Shown: in pieces, positions 11,890 to 22,155 of the stretch
Layout: every line of letters begins with the position of its first letter
How positions within the stretch are numbered: position 1 is the stretch's first letter
Notes under the pieces: generated by a model
Databases searched by the model: none
What the model was told of the DNA's origin: nothing
What the model saw: only the letters and a program-made list of their open reading frames with translations
Made by a program: the position numbers and the translations under genes
Assembly: GCF_963921235.1 (NCBI RefSeq)
Contig: NC_086097.1
Span: 13,950,001-14,014,000, forward strand
Length of the DNA stretch: 64,000 nt
Source: Mobula hypostoma
Lineage: Eukaryota
Reading direction: 5' to 3'

Positions 11890-12764
11890 TCTCAAAGCTT
11901 ATTGATCAGTTTTGCGGAGACACTAGGGATGATAGCTGTGATCAATAAAGAGTAACAATGCAATCAGCATCCAAGAAATGCATCTATGGAATTCTGAAGA
12001 ACTACCCCTCTACATCTCATCCCTCATTACCTGAAAGTTGTATCTTCTACCATTCTTTTAGTACTTATGCTGTTTACTGCTGATTTTCAATGATAGCAAC
12101 AGTAACAGAATCCACACCACAAAAAGAGGCCATTCCACCCATGCTGTCTGTGCTGTTGATAGCCTTCCTGTCAAGATCTTTAGAGCATCTTACAGCATTA
12201 TATGTGCTTGTTGCTGAAACGAACAGAACTAATCAGCATGCAGAGGGATAATCATTAAGTATTTTTTTTAAATTTAAAACTCCAGTCCATAGCTGTGAGA
12301 TATTCAGTTGCCACAAACACGCATTAGATTGACTGGTTTAATGAAATGCTGTTGGACAGGTTTTGCTGGATTTTTCATCAAACCATTAAAAAAAAGCAGA
12401 TAAAACTTTTCAGTGGTCATTTCCTCTTCTAGCAGCTTTTGTTCACCTTTTGAGGGAAAAGATTATACTAGATAAACCTGACATTCCAAATGCACATTCA
12501 TCGAGAGCTGCAGGTCAGGCCCTTCTGCAGAGTTTCCTTACAAAGATTTTCTGTACAGATAATTTTTTATTGATGTCTTCTTTAATTCTTTTCACTCACC
12601 TTTCAAGTTATATCTCTGTAAAAAATTCCTTTTTCCGACTGAGCACAGGTTTGTGAACCTCATGTAAATCCAGAGAGGTATTTGTGTAAAAAAAACTTCA
12701 GTGTAAGACCTCAGGCTTAAATCTAGGCCTACTGGTACAAAAAGACAATAATGATTTATAATCA

Positions 12765-13215
12765 TCCCAGTGGGGTATATGGGGTGTCCAGGAAGGGGTA
12801 CCACCTCCAGTGAAGGGGCTTGCTATGTCCATTCTGGGGCAGCTCACTCACATTTGGCCCTCACTGGACACTCTGCTCTCAACTGTGGCTCCAAGTAGTT
12901 ATTTGTATGTGACAGTGACCATTTCAACAGGTGAAGCAGCCATAAGCCAGTGAAATCCAGTGAAATAGGGACATGCCTGTCCTAGCACATGAAGTCAGCC
13001 CCGATGGACTGGGTAGATGAGATTACAGTGAGATCTAACAGCTAAGGAGGCGGTACTTCAACGCCCCATGGGTAACGAAGGGCGTGACAATGCACAGAAG
13101 ACAAGGTAAGTTCAACCAAAGAAGATTCCAGTTTGTGATGATTGTTCAAACCACTGGATCAGAACTTCCGATGTTGAGAGAGTGGAACTGCCCCAGTGCA
13201 ACAGCTCTTCCATCA
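12765..13215 (+). mobile_element. Unclassified interspersed repeat, possibly RTE-related and non-autonomous
   Basis: Its 3' portion (about 13085-13210) recurs in reverse orientation at about 21440-21570. Confidence 0.5.
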
Positions 13216-13284
13216 GAGATGCGAGGAATTATTTTTATATAGGGAGTAATGACATTCTGGAGCTCTGTGGTTGTCAATGTGGAA

Positions 13285-13590
13285 GGAACAGAACGCTCAG
13301 CATCCAAGACATCTTCAAAAGGGTGATGACTCAGAAATGCAGCATCCGTCATTAAGAACCCCCATCTCCCAGGACATGGTTTCTGCTCATTGCTACCATC
13401 AGGAAGGAAATACAGGAGCCTAAAGGCACACACTCAATGATTCGGGAAAAGCTTCTTCCCTTCTGCCATCAAATTTCTAAAGGGCGATGGAACCCATGAA
13501 CTTTTTTTATTTCTATTTTTGACTAGTTATTTAATTTAACAACAAATTTCATGACATATGCCAGTGATACTAAATCTGATTCTGATTCTG
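13285..13590 (+). mobile_element. Rex1-type LINE 3' end
   Basis: LLPSGRKYRSLKAHTQ; (TTCTGA)n tail. Confidence 0.85.
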
Positions 13591-13844
13591 AAAGAAAACT
13601 GAAATTAAAATAACTTGCAAGATTCAAAAAGAAAAGACAGGGAAGTATACTAACAATATTGTTCCACAATAAACTAGTATGGATTCAATGGACCAAGTGG
13701 CCTCCTTTCTTGTACATAAATTCAGTACTTCTATGATGTTGTACGTAGGTGTCTTTATATACCACAGTTCAGTCTGAAGTGCCAAGTGACGAGTTATCTT
13801 GGCTTCCTCCTCAGATCCCCACCATCACACAAAACTGCACACAA

Positions 13845-14250
13845 GGCAAAGAGAAAATTTACGAGGATGTTTCCAGGACTTGAGGACCTGTGTTTTAGGG
13901 AAAGGTTGAATAGTTTAATGTTTTATTCCCTTTATTTTACTGTAGAGGCATGAGGGGAGATTTGATAGATGGGACTAGAATTAGAGATCATGGGTTAAGG
14001 GTGAAAGGTAAAACGTCGAAGGGAAATTGAGGGGGAATTTCTTCACTCAGCGTGTGGTGAGAGTGGAATGATCTGCCAGTGGATGTGGGTTTGATTTAAA
14101 AATTTGACAGATATTTGGATAGGTACATGGATGGGAGGGGTATAGAGAACTATAGTCTGGGCGCAGGTCAATGTGGCTAGGCAAACAAATATTGCAGTAT
14201 GGACTAGATGGGCCTGTTTCTGTGCTGTAGTGTTCTATGACTCTATGACT
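13845..14250 (+). mobile_element. CR1/HER1-type LINE 3' fragment
   Basis: RKFTRMFPGL, MRGDLI, FFTQRVVR; CTATGA-repeat tail. Confidence 0.8.
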
Positions 14251-14269
14251 GTCTTCGTCCAATTTCATT

Positions 14270-14530
14270 CACTCCACACGATGTCATGAAACAGCTGAGA
14301 GCGTTGGAATCAGTAAAGGCTATGGGCCAGACATCACCCAGATGTAATACTAGACGCCTGATTTCCAAAACGACCTTTGCTTCTGGCCAACCTGGTTTCC
14401 ATACTATTACAAAACAGGCTTATATGCATCCATGTGGAAAATTATCCATGTATGCCCTGTTTATAAAAAGCGATATCTTCTCTATTCTCAACCATCAATA
14501 AAATGTTACAAGGTGTCATTGACAGGATTC
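14270..14530 (+). mobile_element. Ancient CR1/L2-group LINE RT N-terminal relic
   Basis: KQLRALESVKAMG and YKTGLYASMWKIIHVCPVYKK resemble the KAxGPD...WKxAxVxPVHKK motifs. Confidence 0.6.
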
Positions 14531-16003
14531 GTAACTCAGCATGTCCATGATGACTGTGAAGTACTCACCTATACTAATCTTCCCAGAACTTTGTCGTTTG
14601 CCCTCTAGGTGTTGGCTGTCCAAGCATTCATCTAAATGCTGTTTGAACGTTATAGGAATATTTTCCTCCACTACCTTCTCAGGTAGTATGATGCAGACCT
14701 CAAATATCTTCGCTGTGAAAAAAGATTTCCTTCAGGTCCACTCTAATTCCATCGTTCCTCATCTACAACCTATGCCCTGTGATGATAGATACCTAAGGCG
14801 ATATGCTTCCGAGCACAGAAATTACAGAAGGATTTTCTGTAATCTCTTTTCACTGACAGAATCAAAGGTTTCTGTAAGGTCAAAAAAGCCCTTGGACTGT
14901 GGTTAATGCTTCATCCTGTGTTTTTCTGTGACAAAAATTTTGTAAACTTTACTGAACAGTATCTGCATTGTGCCTGTGCACTTTCACAGACTTTCAAACT
15001 AACGTCAGATCACATCTGCCGGTGCAGATGTGTTGGTATGGAAGACAAGAGTATAATGTACTTCTTGCATAATCAAAGCTGCTAACATTCAATCACTGGA
15101 ATCCCTGTTATTATTTTGATAATTTCAGTTTGCATAATCACCTTCAGAAAGCTCGCTGTTACCAATGGATTCTGGCAAGTGCAATAAAATTGGAAACAGA
15201 GACAGGAACACAAAATAAAATTAAGAAGTTTTTATATAACTATTTAATAAACCTTTTGTACAAAAAAAAGATGAACTCTTGACCTGACAATCTATCCTAG
15301 TTATGGCCTTGCACCCTTGCATCCTTGTGGATTCATTTTCACAAGAAAATTAATCTCACAGTTGTATAAGGTGACATATATGTACTTTGATAATAAATTT
15401 ACTTCGAACTTTATTGCCTGTCTGCACTTCACTTTTTCTGTAACTATAACACATAAGATCATAAGAGGCCATTTGACCCATCAAGTGTGCTCCACCATTC
15501 TATCATGTCTGATTTATTATCCCTCTCAATCCCATTCTGCTGCCTTCTTCCCATAACCTTTCATGCCCTGACTAATCAAGTACCTATCAAACTCCACTTT
15601 AAACATAGACTTTAAGACTATGAGACATAGGCCCAGTATTAGACTACGACATGTCGTTATTGCCTTTCCCTTGTAATGAAGTTGTGAAATGATCTGTATA
15701 GATGGCATGCAAAACAAATTTTTTTCACTGTGCCTCAGTACCTGTGACAATAATAACCAATTATCAGAAAGACCTGTGTGCTATAGTACTGTGACCACAG
15801 CTTCCTTTTCTTAAGTTCAGGTTTATGATAGTCCAAGTACCCAAATGTCCCCAGTACTTCCTGTTTTTCACTGACATCTTACAGGTTTTTGAAGCACGTT
15901 TTAATGAAGTAAAATCTGTAAGGAGTCCCCACTTTGAGAAAAATCAGATCTTCCTGCACACTCCTCAGGTTCCAAGAAGAAACATTGCTCTGTTTCATAC
16001 ATC

Positions 16004-16103
16004 ATCACACACACAAAATGCTGGAGGAACACAAAAGGTCAAGTAGCATCTATGGATGGGAATAAACCGTCAGTGCTTTGGGCCGAGACCCTTCCTCAGG
16101 ACA
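16004..16103 (-). mobile_element. PLE terminal repeat, single arm, degenerate hammerhead
   Basis: CACACAAAATGCTGGAGGAAC...GGGCCGAGACCCTTCCTCAGGAC. Confidence 0.75.
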
Positions 16104-16234
16104 TACGTTACTTTCATCTATTTTCTTGCAACATGGAAGGAGACTAATCAGCTTAGTGAATCTCCACCAACTCTCAGAGTATCTCCCAGCAGTCATATTC
16201 CTGTCTCTCACACACGTGTATTAGCTTGCCTTCT

Positions 16235-17280
16235 CCGCTGAGACCTCACCCAATGTGCTCCCTGTACAGTCTCCTCTGTACCAATGAGACTTGACATCGA
16301 TTGGGGGACCACCTCATCATAACATGAGTACATAAGAAGTAGGAACAGGCGTAGCCAATCTGGTCCATCGAGTCTGTTCCACCGTTCAATAAGATCATGG
16401 CTGATCTGGCCATGGACTCATCTCCACCTACCTGCCTTTTCCCCATAACCCTTAATTCCCCTACTATGCAAAAATACCATCGAGTACCCGCACTCTATAG
16501 GCCACAAAAGCCAGGCTTTCCCGACGGCCACCTATTTCAATTCTACTCCCCATTCCTATTCCAACATGTCGGTTCATGGCCTCCTCTAATTCCACAATGA
16601 GGTCACTCTCAAGCTGGAGGAGCAACATCTCATATTTCATCTGGGTAGCCTCCAACCTGATGGATGAACAATGATTTTTCTAACTTCTGGTAATTTTTCC
16701 TCCCACCCTCTTCTCCATTTGTCCATTCCCCATTCTGGCTCCCCTCATGTCTCTTCTCTTCTCCTTGCCTGCCCATCAACTCTCTTGGAGTCCCTCCTCC
16801 TCCTCTTTCTCTCATGGTCCACTCTACTTTCCTATCAGATTTCTTCTTCTTCAGCCCTTTACTTCTTCCACCTATCAGCTCCCAGCTTCTCACCTGATTC
16901 CCCCCAACTCATAGTCATATTCATACTTTATTGATCCAGGGGGAAATTGGTCAATAAAGTATGACTATGAGTTGGGGGGAATCAGGTGAGAAGCTAGGAG
17001 CTGATAGGTGGAAGAAGTAAAGGGCTGAAGAAGAAATCTGATAGGAAAGTAGAGTGGACCATGAGAGAAAGAGGAGGAGGAGGGACACCAAAAACTTCTA
17101 CCCACCTACCTTTCCCCTCACCTGGTCTCGCCTATCACCTGCTAACTTGTACTACTTCCCCTCCCCTCTCCTTCCTATTCTGGAGTCTTCTCTATTCCAT
17201 TCTCAGCCTGAAAATGTTGACTGTTTATCCCCCTCCATAAATGTTTCCTGACCTGCTGATTTCCTCCAGAATCCTGGATA
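16235..17280 (+). mobile_element. Penelope-like element 3' part (GIY-YIG endonuclease remnant, pyrimidine-rich UTR, terminal repeat); contains a CR1 tail insert at about 16320-16478 and an inverted duplication
   Basis: CSLYSLLCTNET*HRLGDH...ATYFNSTPHSYSNMSVHGLL*FHNEVTLKLEEQHLIFHLGSLQPDG matches the PLE GIY-YIG C-terminal region. Confidence 0.85.
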
Positions 17281-18324
17281 GACTGTTTATAGTGGAGGAT
17301 GTAAAGTGAGGGAAGCACCAACGTTTGTGAAGTGCAGGGATAAGGTGGGTTGAATGACAATTAAACTTGAACTTGAACTTGAGTTAAGTACTGAGAACTA
17401 GGATTGCAGGATTAGCATAGATGGGTAATTGATAGTTGATGGGCCAAATGGCCTGTTCCTGTGTTTTTGATTATATCACTCATTCAAAGAGACAACATAA
17501 GCTGAACTAAGTTGTATGATCCTGCAGTCTAACTTTCTAGATCTCTTTTCCAGACGATTGCTTGCCCAGCACCCCACCCTATCTCCTTCCCTGAAACAAA
17601 ACCTCTCTGTTCTCCAGGCTAATATATAATGAACCAGACAACACCTACATCTCCCTCCTTTTAATTACTGGCTTTTTTGATGTTTGCATTAACTGCCTGA
17701 TGATGGTATGTGTAACTCTTGCCTCATGATTTATATTAATGTTCAGAAATCATTCACATAATAAATCTTCCCTTTCAGGAGACTGCTGCTCCCTTTGGTT
17801 TTGATTTACTGAGAGAAGGAGAAAAAAAAAATAGTTGCAGGAATCTTGGAGTGTTGCCAGAGTGCCCATCGGGGAATAGTTATGTGATTAGTACACCCTG
17901 ACAGATTCAACAGTGTGACACCAAACAAGTGAAGTGCACTTCCTAGGTTTTCCTTCCCACCTAACAGATGGGTGCTTTGTTTCTCTTGAACAAATACCAG
18001 ACATGCACGGGAGCTGGTGTTGAATGTGCTATTGACAGATCTGTGCCAATAATGCAGAGCAGCGGAGATCCAGGTACAATCATCAACCTTCTGCCTCCTC
18101 TGCTGTCCCTGAGTTCCTCTTCTTTGGGCTGCCTGATGTTTGGCCCCTCTGTCATTTATGGCCTCAGCTGCAGGCTCGGGGACTGTTTCCCAAAACTCCC
18201 ACTCGGTCTCCTCCGACCAGATGGCCCTTTCACCCTATCTCCAACCGAGCTTTCGGCCATCTTCCTAGTTTGGTTTTAAATGTATTTATCTTTCAGAAAT
18301 TGGAGCAAGAAAAGGCATTTGTTA

Positions 18325-18550
18325 CACATCAACATGCACCAAATGTTGGAGGAACAAGGAAGTCAGGCATCATCTGAGGACAGGAGAAATCAGTCAACAT
18401 TTTGAGCCAAGACCCTTCAACGGATTGATAGAGGCTCGTGGCCTGACAAGTCAACTGATTATTTCCTCCATAGCTGCTGCCAGTCTTGTTGAGTTTCTCC
18501 CATATTTTGTGTGTGTTTCTCAAAATTTACAGCATCTGCAGAATCTCATG
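18325..18550. mobile_element. Old, degenerate PLE-derived foldback
   Basis: Antisense arm (AAATGTTGGAGGAAC...GACCCTTCA) followed by sense arm (...TTTTGTGTGTGTTTCT...CAGCATCTGCAGAATCTC). Confidence 0.7.
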
Positions 18551-18800
18551 TCATATGACTTGTTACCCATCCCTATTTACAAATCTACATCTGGCTTGCA
18601 GTTCCATTTTAAGGGTGTTTTCAGAATCAACAACCTGCAATTGGTATGGAGTCTTAGAATCATCCTGCACAGAAATGGTCTTACAGCCCAACTTGTCCAT
18701 GCTTACCAAGAATCCCGCCTAAATTCATCCACTTTGCCCATGTTTATCCCATATTCCTCTGACTTTTCCAATTCATAAACGTGTCCAAGTATCTTTAAAA

Positions 18801-19033
18801 CCCCAAACACGAGGAAATCTGCAGGTGCTGGAAATTCAAGCAACACACACAAAATGCTGGTGGAACACAGCAGGCCAGACAGCATCCATAGGAAGAAGTA
18901 CTGTCGACGTTTCGGGCCGAGATCCTTCGTCAGGACTAACTGGTGAAGGATCTCGGCCCAAAGCATCGACTGTGCTTCTTCCTATGGATGTTGTCTGGCC
19001 TGCTGCGTTCCACCAGCATTTTGTGTGTGTTGC
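18801..19033. mobile_element. Young PLE-derived foldback with hammerhead motifs on both arms
   Basis: About 95-bp near-perfect inverted arms centred near 18938; perfect 17-bp TSD TCCAAGTATCTTTAAAA at 18784-18800 and 19034-19050. Confidence 0.92.
18903..18937 (-). ncRNA. Minimal type-I hammerhead ribozyme motif, core intact
   Basis: Minus strand reads AGUC-CUGACGA-AGGAUCUCGGCCC-GAAA-CGUC^GAC: conserved boxes, GUC cleavage triplet, stem I GUC/GAC and palindromic ACGU stem III. Confidence 0.7.
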
Positions 19034-19764
19034 TCCAAGTATCTTTAAAATGTTTTCAAGCATCTGCAGAATCTCTTGTGTGTATCTTTAAAGTGTTGTT
19101 AGCACACCAGCCACAAAGAGTCATAGAAAAGCTCAGCACTGAAACTGGCCCCTTGGCCCATCTAGTACATGCCAAACCATTTAAACTGCCTACCCCTGTC
19201 GACCATAGCCTTCCATAGCCCTACCATCCACGTACCCACCCAAACTCTGTTAAGTGTTGAAATTGAGCTCACATTTACTGCTCCACACACCCATGACCCT
19301 AAGTGAAGAAATTTCCCCTCATATCTCCCCAAAGTATCTCACCTTTCACCCTTAACCCATGATTTCTCATTGAAGTCTCACCCAGCCTCAGTTTTCTGTC
19401 AGCTAATTCCATAAATTGAACTTCCTCTGGGGTGAACCCTCAAGTTCTATTAAATTTCAGCACCGCAACTTATATCTATGCCTTCCAGTATATTCAACAC
19501 AAATTACGTGAAGTTAAAAATAAGCCAGATGAAATAAGGAGAGTCAATTTCCTTTCAAGACCATATTTATTTTTATGACACACTGCTAGTTACTTTGGTG
19601 ATCTAGCTGATGAAAATTCCAATTTATAAACTGAATTTAAATCCCTCATATAGCTCAGAATTTGATCTCTGGATTATTACTGAGGCAATTAACCACAGTT
19701 CCCCAACATACACTAACGTGCATTGGTGTCAAAGTTTAGCTAACAATTCCTCTGTGAAGAATTC

Positions 19765-20430
19765 ATTGTTAATGGCAGGATTCTTAGCAGTGTGGAGGGA
19801 CAGAGGGATCTTGGGGTCCATGTTCCATATATCCCTCAAAGTTGCTGCGCAAAAGTTTAAGGTTGAGAAGAAAGCAAATGGTGTGTTGGCTCTCATCAGT
19901 CGGGAGAATGAGTTCAAGAGCCACGAGGTAACGCTGAAGCTGTACGAAATTTTGGTTCAACCGCACTGGGAGTATCGTGTTCATTTCTGATCGCCACATT
20001 ATTGGAATCATGAAAGTTTTAGGGAGAGTGCAAAGGAGATTTGTCAAGATGCTGCCTGCATTTGGGACAGTGCTATGATGAAAGGTTGAGCGAGCTAGGG
20101 CTTTACTCTTTGGAGGGAAGGAGGATGAGAGGTAAAGTAATAGAGGTATAGAAGATGATATGAGGGATAAATCAAGTGGACAGCCAGAACATTTCTTTTC
20201 TAGGATGAAAATGGCTATTACAAGGGACATAATTTTAAGAATACAAGGGGGACATAATGTTAAAGTGATTGGAGGAAAGTATAAGGGGACGTCAGAGGTA
20301 GGATTTTTACACGGAGTGTGGTGGGTACATGGAGCAACCTGTTGGCGTGCTTGTAGAACATTAGAGGCATTTAAGAGACACTAGACAGACACATAGAGAA
20401 AGAAAACAAGAGGGCCATATGGGAGGGAAA
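19765..20430 (+). mobile_element. CR1/HER1-type LINE RT to 3' fragment
   Basis: SLKVAAQ...KKANGVLALISR...LKLYEILVQPHWEYRVHF. Confidence 0.85.
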
Positions 20431-21028
20431 CATGTATGTGACACGTATGGTTGTGCACGGTGGTCAGGAGCGACATTGTTTCGTTTGGTTGTATATATGT
20501 CAGACGAATATAAACTTGAACTTGAACCATGAAGCATTTTTGGAGGCTAAAGGAAGACAGCATTATTGTTGCTATTGGGTTAAGCGAGAAAGATGTTCAT
20601 AGCCAAAGGCTTAAAATGATGAAATCTCGGGTTTAATGTTGAAATAGCAAAGAGATTAAATTACAACGTACTAACTGAATTGTGAAGCAATTTGTCATTG
20701 AGCTGGTTGTTTGCCACTCCCAGCAGATCACCAGGCTTTTTCCTGGAAGGGGGAGTGTTTGTAGCCACTCCGCTTCCAGAGGACCTGGCAGCACAGTGGA
20801 ATTTGCTGAATGGGCCAAAGGATGGCATTGCAGCCATCACCCATAAAGCGTCCCACAATGCACTTCTGAAGGGGCCAGTGTAGATGCCCGTGCAAACCTG
20901 AGCGGTAACAGATTACCTGCCGTTGAAGAAGGGCTGGTATCTCATGATACCGGCCCACCAGTGTTTTGTGATTCAGTCCAACATGTTGTGGATTGTGCAG
21001 AGCTCCTGATCAACAGAACAGTCTAAAC

Positions 21029-21097
21029 CAGGGGTTCCCAAACTTTGTTATGCCATGGACCCCTACCATTAACCAAGGGGTTAATCATGAAGCCCTG
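21029..21097 (+). mobile_element. hAT (Charlie-like) MITE
   Basis: Termini CAGGGGTTCCCAAACT...AGCCCTG; perfect 8-bp TSD GTCTAAAC at 21021-21028 and 21098-21105. Confidence 0.85.
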
Positions 21098-21619
21098 GTC
21101 TAAACTCCAAGTAGTCCTAGGGGTGCTGTAGGTAAATTACTGTTTCCCAGTTTAGATTCTTAAACTATGAATAGTATCTGCTATGGAGGGGCACAGGATT
21201 AGAGAAAAACTGCAGTGAAATTAAACCTGATTCTGCCACTGTATTTGGGAAATTTACTTACACTTGTTTAAATAGTTCATTGTTAATGGACGATATTGGC
21301 AATGGTGACACTGAAGCTCTCAGTCATCTGTCTTACAATTGGAATTGGAATTGGTTTATAATTGTCACATGTACCGAGGTACAGTGAAAAGCACTATGCA
21401 GTGCATTGAGATGGGTGGTGGGAGAGTTTTTAAGGTGGAAAAGACCTGGCACTTGGGTATTTCCACTCTCTTGACCTCAGATGTCCAGGTCAAGTGGTAG
21501 GAACAAACATCACAAACTGGGTCCTCCTTGGTTGCAATGGATGATCATGTCATCTTCTGTGCCTTGTCATTGTTTCCTTTACCTTAAGCTTCATAATCAC
21601 GTCCAGTTAATTACTCAAC

Positions 21620-21925
21620 ACCCAATCCCGAACAGCCTTTCCCCTAGCAGGCTCAACCACAAGCTGCTCTGAAAAGCTATTTCATCCTATTCTTACTCTC
21701 ACTGCCACATGGCACAGGCAGCAATCCAGAGATTACTACCTTGGAGGTCCTGCCTTTCAGCTTTCTACCTAACTCCCTAAATTCTCTCTTCAGCACCTCT
21801 TCCTTTCCTACCTATGTCATTGGTGCCAATATGTACCAAGACTTCTGGCTCCTCACCCTTCCCCTTTAGAATGCCATGGACGTGATCCAAGGAATCCCCG
21901 AGCTCCCGTACCTGGGAGGCAAAAA
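21620..21925 (-). mobile_element. CR1 LINE ORF1 (SGNH/GDSL esterase-like domain) relic
   Basis: Minus-strand LPG...KGEGEEPEVLVHIGTNDIGRK is the CR1 ORF1 esterase motif. Confidence 0.75.
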
Positions 21926-21971
21926 GCCTTCTTTCACCTAGTTGTCCATACCTCTCTTTTTAAGCCAACTG

Positions 21972-22155
21972 AAGCAACACACATCCAATGCTGGAGGAAC
22001 TCAGCAGGTCAGGCAGCAATAATGTAAATGAATAAACAGTCAACATTTTGGCCCGAGACCCTTCATCAGGTCTCATGGCTGACTTGCTGAATTCCTCCAG
22101 AATTTTGTGTGTGTGTTCTTCCGCATTTTCAGAATCTGCAGAATCCTTTGTATTT
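21972..22155. mobile_element. PLE-derived foldback
   Basis: Antisense arm ending GAGACCCTTCATCAGG (CUGAUGA box intact, GAAA box mutated), then sense arm GACTTGCTGAATTCCTCCAG...TCTGCAGAATC. Confidence 0.8.

Larger units (their letters stand above)
9543..11950 (-). mobile_element. Older Rex1-type LINE hosting three younger insertions (CR1, young Rex1, PLE foldback)
   Basis: Rex1 pieces at about 9543-9860, 10430-10545, 11385-11705 and 11890-11950 (GTPQGPLLYSLYIYDC, KFTDNTTVVG). Confidence 0.75.

Noticed and set aside
18801..19033. Foldbacks as DNA-transposon MITEs or pre-miRNAs
   Set aside because: TSDs vary in length (10-17 bp), the arms are asymmetric, and the same sequence lies downstream of PLE GIY-YIG remnants, so a PLE origin fits better.
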